NCBI GenBank assembly: GCA_963777605.1
Contig: CAVZRV010000031.1
Location: forward strand, 416,001 to 480,000
Reading direction: 5' to 3'
Length of the DNA: 64,000 nt
Source of the DNA: an uncultured Acidobacteriota bacterium
GTDB taxonomy: Bacteria; Acidobacteriota; UBA6911; RPQK01; JAPXNP01
Position numbers and translations under genes: made by a program. Positions within the stretch are counted from its first letter, which is position 1; every line of letters starts with the position of its first letter. The notes beneath the pieces are model-generated. The model was not told the origin of the DNA, did no database searches, and worked only from the letters and a program-made list of their open reading frames with translations. Shown piece by piece: positions 30,901 to 40,042 of this stretch.

Positions 30901-31881
30901 ATGACCAGGCTCCGCGATATCTGGGAGGAGACCAGCTATCAACTCGAACTCCTGCAGGCCAACCCGGAATGCGTCCAGCAGGAGAGGGAAAGCCTCAGGG
31001 AACGCACCCCGCCTCCACTTCAGGTCACCTTCGAACCCCGGTCCTGCACGCCGGTTACGGGGTCCCGGAGGTCGGAATTCAAGGTGGCGGTTCTTCGCGA
31101 GGAAGGCAGTAACGGCGACCGGGAAATGACCTCAGCCTTTCACCTGGCCGGCTTCGAAACCTGGGATGTCACGATGACCGACCTGGTCGAGGAACGGATC
31201 AGCCTGGACGAATTCCGGGGCATCACTTTCGTCGGCGGGTTCAGCTACGCGGATGTCCTCGACTCGGCCAAAGGTTGGGCGGCCCTGATCCGTTTCAAGC
31301 AACAGCTCCAGGAACAGTTTGCATCCTTTTACCGGCGACCGGACACCTTCAGCCTGGGCGTCTGCAATGGCTGTCAGTTGGCGGCTCTGCTCGGATGGGT
31401 CCCCATGCCCGGCATCCCCGAAGTCAGGCGGCCGCGCTTTATACAGAATAGCAGCGGCCGGTTTGAGTCACGATTCAGCACCGTCCGGATCGAATCCAGC
31501 CCATCGATCATGCTCTCAAAGATGGTCGGTTCGGTGCTCCCGATCTGGGTCGCGCACGGCGAGGGCCGCGCCTACTTTCCAGACCCGGAGATCCGGGACG
31601 AAGTGCTGAGACTCGGCCTGGCACCGGTTCGTTTCGTTGACGACTCGGGGGAAGCGACCGAACGCTACCCGTTCAACCCCAATGGCTCGGCTCACGGGAT
31701 TGCCGGGCTCTGTTCGACGGACGGGCGCCACCTTGCCCTGATGCCGCACCCGGAGCGGACCATCCTCAAGTGGCAGTGGGGCTGGATGCCCGAGGACTGG
31801 AAGCAGTCCCTCGAGGCATCCCCCTGGCTTCAGATGTTCCAGAGCGCCCTCGAATGGTGCCGGGCTACTCGGGCTTCTTGA
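27946..31881 (+). CDS. purL: Phosphoribosylformylglycinamidine synthase, large single-chain type
   Basis: QSNSEHSRHWFF, ETHNFP, HDQGAGG, DGGKDSLSM, glutaminase GVCNGCQ and MPHPER. Confidence 0.96.
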   Translation: MNVVHYFRSPGFSSEQRRSLLNQIRLQISTAIETLATEFCFNVQLSAPLDSREEALLTWLLSETFEPARFSRESFLGSSPGVVEVGPRLSFNTAWCTNAVSIFHACGLDKVRKIERSRRYRLSGSASRDESILQAFAALVHDRMTECVYAEPLGTFESGMEPERPMEVPVMAEGRSALEELNRSAGLAFDDWDLDYYTQLFRDVLRRNPTDVECFDIAQSNSEHSRHWFFKGRLIIDGTEVPGHLLGLVKKPLDINPSNSTIAFRDNSSAIRGYRAATILPETPGHPCRFLERDVDYDITFSAETHNFPSGVAPFPGAETGTGGRIRDVHATGRGSLVVAGTAAYCVGNLYIPGYSLPWEDPTFRYPSNLASPLRIEIEASNGASDYGNKFGEPVINGYTRSFALRLPSGERREWIKPIMFSGGIGQMSAHHRTKEDPGVGMWVVKIGGPAYRIGMGGGAASSMVQGENVAELDFNAVQRGDAEMEQKVNRVIRACVELGDRNPIVSIHDQGAGGNCNVLKEIVNPAGARVEIRSIPVGDETLSVLEIWVAEYQEQDALLLRDEHAALFRRLCEREKVPVAFVGRITGDGRIVVHDERDGSTPVNLELDRVLGDMPRKVFRDQRVEPHRSALDLPEDLSVGEALERVLRLLSVGSKRFLTNKVDRSVTGLVARQQCVGPLQLTTSNCAVIAQSHFGTTGAATSIGEKPVLSLLDPSAMARMCLGEMLTNLVWARISSLEHVKCSGNWMWAAKLAGEGSALYDAALALSDALIDLGIAIDGGKDSLSMAALAPAPGGEGDETVKAPGALVLSGYATCPDVNQVVTPDLKKPGESCLVLVDLGNGRNRLGGSSLAHVFGQVGDIPPDLDDTSQLKRAFSEIQSLISEGRLLAGHDRSDGGLITTLLEMAFSGNCGIDIALEGADSVGDLDVLFSEELGLVLEVATENLESLLARFRQAGLPCELIGQTHEDPGIRVTRNGKVLLDDDMTRLRDIWEETSYQLELLQANPECVQQERESLRERTPPPLQVTFEPRSCTPVTGSRRSEFKVAVLREEGSNGDREMTSAFHLAGFETWDVTMTDLVEERISLDEFRGITFVGGFSYADVLDSAKGWAALIRFKQQLQEQFASFYRRPDTFSLGVCNGCQLAALLGWVPMPGIPEVRRPRFIQNSSGRFESRFSTVRIESSPSIMLSKMVGSVLPIWVAHGEGRAYFPDPEIRDEVLRLGLAPVRFVDDSGEATERYPFNPNGSAHGIAGLCSTDGRHLALMPHPERTILKWQWGWMPEDWKQSLEASPWLQMFQSALEWCRATRAS

Positions 31882-32308
31882 ACTCGGAGTGGCCCTCCTT
31901 TTTCAGGTCATTCAACTTCACCAGAAGTTCCCCGGCCTCGTCGGTCATGCCGGAGTCAATGGCCTTAGCCAGTTCGTCAACAGTCCCAAGAACCTGATCG
32001 ATCTTGGACCGGAAACCCTTCAAAAAGGCTTCCCGGTCCGGCCCCGAGAGTTCGGCGGCTTTTTCGGGAACCAGCTTTCGGGCCTCTTCGAAGTTCTCCC
32101 GGACAGTCTGCACGATCGCCAGATTCTCGGCCTTCCTGGCGGCATCTCCAATCTGTCCACGCAGTTCGCGCAGGTGATCGTTGATGCTGTCCATGTGCTT
32201 GGCGAGGGGCGTATCTTCCTCGAAGACAGCGGAATTCGCAGGTGAGGCAACCAGGAGCGGCACGGTAACAGTAGATAAAATCAGAGCAAGCAAAAGCACT
32301 CGTTTCAT
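31865..32308 (-). CDS. Cytochrome b562-like four-helix protein
   Basis: Signal peptide; N-terminal Met (LAKHM) and C-terminal His (KKEGHSEF) in b562 ligand positions; no CxxCH. Confidence 0.75.
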   Translation of the reverse strand: MKRVLLLALILSTVTVPLLVASPANSAVFEEDTPLAKHMDSINDHLRELRGQIGDAARKAENLAIVQTVRENFEEARKLVPEKAAELSGPDREAFLKGFRSKIDQVLGTVDELAKAIDSGMTDEAGELLVKLNDLKKEGHSEFKKPE

Positions 32309-32324
32309 GTAGTCGATCTCCTTA

Positions 32325-33572
32325 CTATTTGGAACGGCCCAGGATCAAACCATCGGGCCAAGCTGCACCTTTCAGAATCCACTCCTTGATGGTGTCGGCC
32401 TCTTCAGGGGACAGTCGAGGGCGGTCGTCCGGGGGCATGGGATGAATCTCTTCCAGCGGCAACTCCTTCTCCGCCGTGACAAATTCGTACATCAGGCTTT
32501 CCGCGGGTTCGCCCGGTTTGACCGCAGCCTTGCCGTTAAAGAACGCAATGTCTCCACCTTTCAGCGCCGCGTCCCGGTAGTCCATCCGATAGCCGCTCTT
32601 CTGCTTCTCAGGTCCGTGGCACTCCAGGCAGTGGTCCTGGAGAATAACCGCTACCCGGGAGAACCCGGGCGCCGGAGCGTCATTCGCCGGGGCAGCGGGA
32701 GCAGTCCCCTGCTCCGGTTGTTCCCGGTGACTCTTCGCTGGACGGAACTCAAAGAGACCTTCGAGGTCGAGCGGTCCCCTGTCCATAAGGTCCACAAGAA
32801 AGTCGGCCAGCGTGTCCAGTTCCTCCTCCGGTATGACGTCCCGGTAGACCGGCATCTTAATGGCCTGCCGGTTGGTGAAGTACCGTCCCGGGTTGAACCC
32901 TGCAAAACCCTGCCCCCAGAAGAACTGGGAGTGCCCGTCCAGAATCCACTCGCGGATGTCCTGCCGGTTCCCGTTTCGCGTCAGGGCCCTGAAGTCGCTG
33001 CCGAAAAACCCGGGGACGTAACCCTTGAGCGACCCGGGGTTCTCGACACCTCCCTGGCCCAATTCACCGTGACAGGTGAAACAGGCATACTTGCGGGCAA
33101 GGCTCTCTCCCTCGGACCGCGAGCCGGTCTTCAAGGCTTCGGCGCGATACTGCCTCACCGCCACGAAACTGGCCAGGTCATTGATCTCCGGGTCGATGAG
33201 ACGTTCCCCATAGGCAGGCATGTGGAGGATTCGACGTTCCCTTCCCTGCTGGTAGGCCGCAGACCGCGACTGCGCGTCGGACACCCCGTTGCGAATCCAC
33301 TGCCTCAATTCGTCAGGAGAATGCCGCTCTGAGTAGAGCGCGGGAACAGACTCTGCCGCCCCTCCCGTCCGTATTGGATTGATTGAACTCGGCCCCCCCG
33401 AACCGTGGCAGGAGAAACAACCGGCTTCGATTGCAAGATCGTAACCCCGATGGGCAGGAGAGTACTCCGGGAAGAGTTCGTTGTGGAAGAGCACCAGGAG
33501 TAGCAGAATCACCGCTACCAGGGTCAAAACAATACCGAGGACCAGTGGGGTCTTGCGAATCGTACCGTTCAT
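32325..33572 (-). CDS. Membrane-anchored tri-heme c-type cytochrome
   Basis: N-terminal TM; CFSCH, CFTCH, CLECH, each followed by an MP motif; the last domain resembles the planctomycete cytochrome c domain. Confidence 0.85.
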   Translation of the reverse strand: MNGTIRKTPLVLGIVLTLVAVILLLLVLFHNELFPEYSPAHRGYDLAIEAGCFSCHGSGGPSSINPIRTGGAAESVPALYSERHSPDELRQWIRNGVSDAQSRSAAYQQGRERRILHMPAYGERLIDPEINDLASFVAVRQYRAEALKTGSRSEGESLARKYACFTCHGELGQGGVENPGSLKGYVPGFFGSDFRALTRNGNRQDIREWILDGHSQFFWGQGFAGFNPGRYFTNRQAIKMPVYRDVIPEEELDTLADFLVDLMDRGPLDLEGLFEFRPAKSHREQPEQGTAPAAPANDAPAPGFSRVAVILQDHCLECHGPEKQKSGYRMDYRDAALKGGDIAFFNGKAAVKPGEPAESLMYEFVTAEKELPLEEIHPMPPDDRPRLSPEEADTIKEWILKGAAWPDGLILGRSK

Positions 33573-33701
33573 GCCGCTCCAAACAACGAGAGTGCCTTGG
33601 AAGCTTCTACGACAACTGCACTGCAACAGTTTCAGGGATTCTCAACCTATTGGTTCCGGATTCTAAAAGATGACGCCGACGTGGGATAGACTTACACCTC
33701 A

Positions 33702-35729
33702 ATGTCCGATGATTTTCCCTGGCTGGCCGAACTGAATGACGAGCAGCGCCGTGCAGTCTGCCACGAGACCGGTCCGCTCCTCGTAGTGGCAGGAGCAGGC
33801 AGCGGAAAGACGCGAACTCTCGCCTGCCGGGTAGCCTATCTCATCGCCAGAGGAACCCGGCCTGAGCGGATCCTCCTGCTCACTTTCACGCGCCGGGCGG
33901 CTGAAGAGATGATCCGGCGGGCCATGTCGATCGTCGAGCGCCAGTCCGGCAAAACCGGTCGAGTCTGGGGCGGAACCTTTCACTCTATTGCCAGCCGCCT
34001 GCTGCGACTTCACGGGAAGCTCGCGGGGTTGTCACCCGATTTCACGGTCATGGACCAGGCGGATGCCGAGGACCTGATTGACGTCATCCGCCACGAACTT
34101 GACCTCCACCAGAAAGGAAAGCGGTTTCCTCGCAAGCAGACTTGTCTGGCTATCTACTCCAGGAGAGTCAACGGGGAGGAATCCCTCGAAGAGGTCGTCG
34201 ATCGCTTCTTCCCCTGGTGTGCCGATTGGAAGGACCAGCTCAAGCTGCTGTTCCGCCGTTATGTGGAGCGGAAACAACAGCGCCAGGTCCTCGATTACGA
34301 CGACCTGCTTCTCTACCTGGCGACACTTCTGGCCGACCCCAAAGCAGGCAGGCTGATCGGACAACGCTTCGATCACGTCCTGGTGGACGAATACCAGGAC
34401 ACCAACAAGCTGCAGGCTTCAATTCTGCGGGGACTCCAGATCCCAAACGACAACATCATGGTGGTGGGCGACGACGCCCAGAGCATCTATAGTTTTCGCG
34501 CCGCCTCCATCGACAATATGTTTCGTTTCCCCGACGACTTTCCCGGCACGACGATGGTGACGCTCGAGCAGAACTATCGGTCCGTGTCGCCCATCCTGGA
34601 AACCACCAACCGGTTGATCCGACAGGCCTCGAAGCGCTACACAAAGGACCTCAGATCGACCCGCGGAGAAGGCAGGCGACCGCTCCTCGTGACCTGCCTC
34701 GACGAGCGGGACCAGGATGAGTTCGTCGTCAAACACATCCTCGAGCATTACGAAGAGAACATCCCCCTGCGCCGCCAGGCGGTTCTCTTTCGGGCCGCGC
34801 ACCTGTCGAATTCTCTGGAGGCCGAACTGACCCGGAGAAACATCCCTTACCACAAGTACGGCGGCCTCCGGTTTCTGGAAGCCGCCCACATTAAGGACCT
34901 GGTCGCGTATCTGAGGGTGGTCGAGAACCCGAGGGATGAAATCGCCTGGTTCCGGATCCTCAAGCTGGTGGAGGGCGTGGGCCCGGGAACAGCGGCAAGA
35001 GCGTTCGCCCACGTCGCCTCCAACAACTATGATCCAGGAACCCTGGCCACGTTCCGCGCACCCGCGGCCGCAACCGGCAGGCTGGCCCGTTACGCACGGC
35101 TTCTCGGGCAACTTCGCGGGGACCAGAAGACCGGGCCGGCGGAGCAGATCGAACTGATACGGAAACTGTACGACCCGATGCTCGAACAGCTTTACGAGAA
35201 CCCGGCGGTTCGCCGACGGGACCTGGAGAACCTGCAGCAGATCGCGTCGCGGCACAGATCCCGGCGTGCGTTCCTGACCGACCTCCACCTGGACCCTCCG
35301 ACGTCGACCTCAGACCTGGCGGGACCGCCGGACAAAGACGAGGACTGGCTGGTGCTCTCCACCATCCACTCTGCGAAAGGCGGTGAATGGGACTCGGTAT
35401 TTGTGATTCACGCCGCCGACGGCTGCCTGCCGTCGGACATGTCCACCGGCTCGAAGCAGGAGATCGAAGAGGAACTCCGGTTGACCTACGTCGCCATGAC
35501 ACGGGCTCGGGACTTCCTTTACGTGGTCTGGCCGCTGCGTTACTACCACAGCCGGCATTCCTTTACCGATCGACACAGTTATGCCCAGCGCTGCCGTTTC
35601 ATCACCGACGATGTCGAATCCTCCATGGAGCAGTACTCTTCGGCGCAAGCCCGGGAAGTCGATGAAGAACCGGCAACGGACGGAGAGGGGATGGATATTG
35701 CTGCAAGAATCCGATCAATGTGGGACTAG
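33702..35729 (+). CDS. UvrD/PcrA/Rep superfamily 1 DNA helicase
   Basis: AGAGSGKT, LTFTRRAA, VDEYQDTN, VGDDAQSIYSFR, LEQNYRS, STIHSAKG.EW, EELRLTYVAMTRA. Confidence 0.95.
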   Translation: MSDDFPWLAELNDEQRRAVCHETGPLLVVAGAGSGKTRTLACRVAYLIARGTRPERILLLTFTRRAAEEMIRRAMSIVERQSGKTGRVWGGTFHSIASRLLRLHGKLAGLSPDFTVMDQADAEDLIDVIRHELDLHQKGKRFPRKQTCLAIYSRRVNGEESLEEVVDRFFPWCADWKDQLKLLFRRYVERKQQRQVLDYDDLLLYLATLLADPKAGRLIGQRFDHVLVDEYQDTNKLQASILRGLQIPNDNIMVVGDDAQSIYSFRAASIDNMFRFPDDFPGTTMVTLEQNYRSVSPILETTNRLIRQASKRYTKDLRSTRGEGRRPLLVTCLDERDQDEFVVKHILEHYEENIPLRRQAVLFRAAHLSNSLEAELTRRNIPYHKYGGLRFLEAAHIKDLVAYLRVVENPRDEIAWFRILKLVEGVGPGTAARAFAHVASNNYDPGTLATFRAPAAATGRLARYARLLGQLRGDQKTGPAEQIELIRKLYDPMLEQLYENPAVRRRDLENLQQIASRHRSRRAFLTDLHLDPPTSTSDLAGPPDKDEDWLVLSTIHSAKGGEWDSVFVIHAADGCLPSDMSTGSKQEIEEELRLTYVAMTRARDFLYVVWPLRYYHSRHSFTDRHSYAQRCRFITDDVESSMEQYSSAQAREVDEEPATDGEGMDIAARIRSMWD

Positions 35730-35753
35730 TGTCCTGTCACGCATCAAATGACC

Positions 35754-38417
35754 CTAATCGGTCGCGAATCGAACGGTCACATCCGAAGTCCCTCCGGCCC
35801 CGGCGTCGAAATGGAGTGTCTGCTCGCAGGTCTGTCCCGGGACCACCCCGGACAGGTCCACCGTGAAATAGATCTCCTGCTCTCCCCTCAAGTTCCCTTC
35901 GGTGGCGGTGGTCACGACCGGGCCTCCCGAACGGACCAAGGTCCAGGCGAGTGAATTGCCGCCTCCGACGTTGATGAGCTTTATCCTTCGCAACTGGCGG
36001 GCACGTTCCGGATTCAGGATTCCGAGGTCGATCTCACCGGGTTCGACGACCAACTGGGGATCGGGTTCGTTGACCAGGGCTCCGAGACGGTTCTGTTCTT
36101 CGAAGAGGCGGACACCGTTCTTGGAGGCCGACAGGGTGAGAATCAGCCAACCGCCTCCCTCCGTTACGGGAATCCTGAAATCAAAACGGCCCAGCATCTT
36201 TTCACCGTAGGGCACTTCGTACGTTTCAGTCCTGGATCCGAGCGGATTCAAAACACCGTCACGAGGGTGCAACACTCCGATTGACCAATTGACATCGACC
36301 GTCGTGCCGCCATTGAGTTCATCGTTGTACACCACGATCCTTCGGTCGATCCGCTCCCCGATCCGAAATACCGGGCGTCGAACACCGATCACACCAGTCC
36401 GGTCGTGCTCGAGGTCGAATACCGCAACCGGGGCACAGGAGTCTCTCCAGTATTCATAGCCGTCCCCGTGGATCACATCCGGAAAGGCCGGGTCGGACAC
36501 ATTCACGATCGGCCGATCCAGGACTTTCGGCTTGATACCATCGGCCGCAGGATCGTCCCAATTCGGCCGGATCGTCTCTTCGACCGGTTCGAAACAGTAC
36601 CACCAGTCAGCGTAGAGCCGGGAATCGGAGAGTCCCGCAAAACGCATGGCACGGAGAAATCGGGCAACTCCGCGAACCCATTCCGCCTGAGAAATCCGAT
36701 CCGGATTGTTCCACTCACCACGCTCGGTGCGATTGCCGCTCAGACTTCCGTCGGCCGCCTTAAGGGGCCACCCGTCTGCGAAGAGAGCTTCTCCTTCACC
36801 CATGGGCTTCGAAGAGTTGTTGGTGTAAATCCCGTAGAGATCAGTGGTGTTGAAAACCTCCATCGGATAGCCACCCGTGTAGTGGATCGATTCCACGTCT
36901 CCCTCGAAATCACCCGGGCGGATGCCCTCGTGAAAGACCGGCCGCGTGGAATCCACTTCGCGGGCTGCCTGGTAGGTGAATTCGGGGAGGCGAGAACCCC
37001 AGCACTCGTTCCCGATGATCCACATCACGATAGAAGGGTGGTTCCTCCGCTCGGTCACCCAGCGGCGCACCCAATCCATGTAATTGAAACGGGCCCGGTC
37101 GTCGGTCCGTTGAAAGGTCTCCCAGAATGGGGCCTCATCCATCACCATCATGCCGGACTCGTCACAGAGGTCATAGAGCAGGTCGATCCCGCTCGCCTTG
37201 TGTGGTCTCAGAACGTTCATGTTCAGCTGTCGGTACTCTTCCAGCAGGCGTCGCTGCATCGCCGGAACAAGTTCCCTGGTGGAAATCACCGGTGCCGTCG
37301 CCGGGCCGTGCCGGTACCCTTCGTGCCATGAGAACTCGAAGGCATCTCCTCGCAGCTTCACCGGAACTCCGTTGAGCTCGAAGTGGTTCCCTACCACCCT
37401 GAATTCTCGGAACCCAAATCGATACTCGGATCGGTCAAGGACCTCTCCGGCCCCGGCCAGCTCGACCTCGACCCGGTACAGGTGAGGATCGTACGGCCAC
37501 CAGTAGGAAGCGTCCGTCCAGGGTACCGATTCCCAGGAAACCGTTTCGCGGGATCCCGGCGGGATTTCAAGCGTCCGGGAAAGGAAGTCCTTTCCTCGCC
37601 TGCCCGCCGTCGACACCGCCCGGCAACGCAAGGTGATCCAGGCTTCACTCGAGGTGTCGTTCTCCACAGTCATCCGAATCGTGATCTCGTCGTCTGCAGA
37701 ACTCCGGTTCCCCTTCAGATCGGTGATGATCTGGGCATCTGAGACTCGGACCTTTGGGACGAACCGGAGTTTCACGTCGCCGTTGATACCCCGTCGGCCG
37801 TCGTAATGATCGACGCCATAGGGATAGAGCAGCTTCCCGTCGGCGAAGACATCGGCGGGAAAGTCCAGTTCTTCCAAATTCAGCTGATCCTCACCGTGAA
37901 CCAGGCTCTGTCCGCCCCAGACCCGTACCTCGAGTTCGTTCTCCGAGTCGAACTTCACCAGCGGAGTGATGTCCAGGACGTAAGGAAGCTGCATCATCAG
38001 GTAGCCATCGGTGGTTTCTCCGCCCGCACGGTGACCGTTGACCAGAACCTGGGACAGGACGGAGATCCTGCGAAAATCGAGTAAAATCTCCCGGTCCGAA
38101 GCTCCATCGGGCAAGAGAAACCTGCGCCGGTAGACCCCATGGCGCAGATGCAGCCACTCCTGGGGGTACCCATAGTCCTGGGGTGCATCCCAGAACGACG
38201 GCACCTGGATGTCGAATCGCTGACTCCCTCCGGCGGGGTAGAAATCCCAGGTTCCGTTGAGCGACACCGACTGTCGAACCTGGTCAACCGCCGGACTGGA
38301 ACAGGAGACAGCCGCCCCGAGCAGCAAGAACCCGGCAAACCCAACGACGAACAGATCGGCGAGGGGAAAGCTGCCGACATGAGGTTGTCCGCTTCCCTGC
38401 CTTCCACAAAGGCTCAG
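35754..38417 (-). CDS. GH2-family glycoside hydrolase lipoprotein (start uncertain: CTG 38417 or TTG 38327)
   Basis: SLNGTWDF, WWPYDPHLY, FGFREF, CDESGMMV, RRNHPSIVMWIIGNE; lipobox AVSC. Confidence 0.85.
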   Translation of the reverse strand: MSLCGRQGSGQPHVGSFPLADLFVVGFAGFLLLGAAVSCSSPAVDQVRQSVSLNGTWDFYPAGGSQRFDIQVPSFWDAPQDYGYPQEWLHLRHGVYRRRFLLPDGASDREILLDFRRISVLSQVLVNGHRAGGETTDGYLMMQLPYVLDITPLVKFDSENELEVRVWGGQSLVHGEDQLNLEELDFPADVFADGKLLYPYGVDHYDGRRGINGDVKLRFVPKVRVSDAQIITDLKGNRSSADDEITIRMTVENDTSSEAWITLRCRAVSTAGRRGKDFLSRTLEIPPGSRETVSWESVPWTDASYWWPYDPHLYRVEVELAGAGEVLDRSEYRFGFREFRVVGNHFELNGVPVKLRGDAFEFSWHEGYRHGPATAPVISTRELVPAMQRRLLEEYRQLNMNVLRPHKASGIDLLYDLCDESGMMVMDEAPFWETFQRTDDRARFNYMDWVRRWVTERRNHPSIVMWIIGNECWGSRLPEFTYQAAREVDSTRPVFHEGIRPGDFEGDVESIHYTGGYPMEVFNTTDLYGIYTNNSSKPMGEGEALFADGWPLKAADGSLSGNRTERGEWNNPDRISQAEWVRGVARFLRAMRFAGLSDSRLYADWWYCFEPVEETIRPNWDDPAADGIKPKVLDRPIVNVSDPAFPDVIHGDGYEYWRDSCAPVAVFDLEHDRTGVIGVRRPVFRIGERIDRRIVVYNDELNGGTTVDVNWSIGVLHPRDGVLNPLGSRTETYEVPYGEKMLGRFDFRIPVTEGGGWLILTLSASKNGVRLFEEQNRLGALVNEPDPQLVVEPGEIDLGILNPERARQLRRIKLINVGGGNSLAWTLVRSGGPVVTTATEGNLRGEQEIYFTVDLSGVVPGQTCEQTLHFDAGAGGTSDVTVRFATD

Positions 38418-39955
38418 TGAGAACCTCCTTCGGAACCGGAAGGTTGCCAGGTTCCTTCCATCGGCCAGAAGGACACATCCATCACCGCCGCGCCGCCTTC
38501 CGAAAAGAGGTCGATTTGGGAAGTTTCAGCGGCCGGCATCACGACCCGGCTAGCGGCGACCTTACCGCCGTCCGCAAAGACTTCGAGGACGCTCTTGTCC
38601 AGAAAAGCACGCAGCTCAACCGCCGAACCGGCAGCGGGAAGTTCGGAACTCGCCACGCGAAGAGTGTCCCCGTCCCAACTCAACTCGGCTCCGTCATTGC
38701 CGGTAAATCGCACCCCCGCCCGGGACGCCCCGCCCAGTTCGATACGCACTTGAAGTTCCCCCGACCGGTTTGAAAAGTCTTTCACGAGCGTCGTCAGGCC
38801 CACCACCTTCACCCGGCTCCAGTCCTCCTCTTTTCCGCGCAGATCCGCGAGGCCCGGGACCGCTTCCTGGACGAGCTCCCCCTCGGAGTCGAGGGATAAT
38901 TTCCGGGGAAGAGCCAGACAACCGTTCCAACCCCTCCCTTCCGGAAATCCTCTCACCCATCCCAGAAGCCAGCAGGTCCCATCGCCGTCAAACGCGATAT
39001 TGCTGGCATAATAGTTGGCGCTCTCACCCTCGCCATAGTCCAGGATCCCTTGCCGCTCCGGCTCGAACCTGCCCTGCTCGGGGGAAAATGACCCGATCCA
39101 GTATTCCAGCCGGTCGTACGGAGAAATGATCAGGACCCACCTATCTCCGAGGGGGAAAAAGTTCGGGCATTCTGGAAACTCGATTTCCGACTTCGGCCAA
39201 TCAAATAGGAACCCGCGAAAGATCCATTTCAGGAGGGAGTCATCGGTCGCCTCATAGAGCGGAATCACGGCCCGATCCTCCGTGTCGGCACCCAGGACCA
39301 GGAATGTTCGTCCCCCGGACTTGAAAAGAAACGGGTCTCTCCAGTCTCGTCCCAGCTTAGGACCACCCGCCTGATCCAGGAAGAGAACCGGGTTGCCCGA
39401 GAACTTCTGCCACTTCAGCCAGTCGGGTGTGCCCAAAGCCGCCCACTGCTCGTTCGGTCGCCCGCCGGAAGGAGCTACGCTGGTGTAAATCAGCAGGGGA
39501 CGGCCGTCGGACAACCCAGCGGACCCGGAGAAACAGTGTTCCTCGCCGAGAGCTTTCGAGGGCCACAGCGCGATGGGCAATTGTTCCCAGTGAACCAGGT
39601 CCCGACTGCGGGCGTGTCCCCAGTGCATATTCCCCCACTTGTCCCCGTAGGGGTTGTGTTGATAGAAGAGCTGGAGGTAACCATCAGCAAAGATCGTTCC
39701 GTTGGGATCGTTCATCCAATAGGCCGGGGGCCGAAAGTGAAAAGAAGGCCGGGCAGGATCCGCGTCGGCCACCGCCTCAGCAGCGCGAACCGAAGTCATG
39801 GCCCGAGCGACTGCGGCACTCCCATCGTCATCCACAGCGGACTTCGTGCAGGCTGAAAATCCCAGGGCAAGCAGGGACAACAAACAGAGTCCCCAACCGC
39901 CCGTGCGCGTCAGTCCAAAATTCTTCCCGGAGCAACCGGTGAGGAGGTGTCTCAT
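38414..39955 (-). CDS. GH32 beta-fructosidase/levanase-like lipoprotein
   Basis: WMNDPNG, FYQHNP, HWGHARS.DLVHW, FSGS, RDP, ECP. Confidence 0.95.
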   Translation of the reverse strand: MRHLLTGCSGKNFGLTRTGGWGLCLLSLLALGFSACTKSAVDDDGSAAVARAMTSVRAAEAVADADPARPSFHFRPPAYWMNDPNGTIFADGYLQLFYQHNPYGDKWGNMHWGHARSRDLVHWEQLPIALWPSKALGEEHCFSGSAGLSDGRPLLIYTSVAPSGGRPNEQWAALGTPDWLKWQKFSGNPVLFLDQAGGPKLGRDWRDPFLFKSGGRTFLVLGADTEDRAVIPLYEATDDSLLKWIFRGFLFDWPKSEIEFPECPNFFPLGDRWVLIISPYDRLEYWIGSFSPEQGRFEPERQGILDYGEGESANYYASNIAFDGDGTCWLLGWVRGFPEGRGWNGCLALPRKLSLDSEGELVQEAVPGLADLRGKEEDWSRVKVVGLTTLVKDFSNRSGELQVRIELGGASRAGVRFTGNDGAELSWDGDTLRVASSELPAAGSAVELRAFLDKSVLEVFADGGKVAASRVVMPAAETSQIDLFSEGGAAVMDVSFWPMEGTWQPSGSEGGSH

Positions 39956-40042
39956 GAAACGAATCTAGCAGGGCCATCCTCATCGCTCAAGAGGCTGAAA
40001 TGAGAGCTCCGTCGCCATCCCCGCCTCCTGTTCAACGCATAC

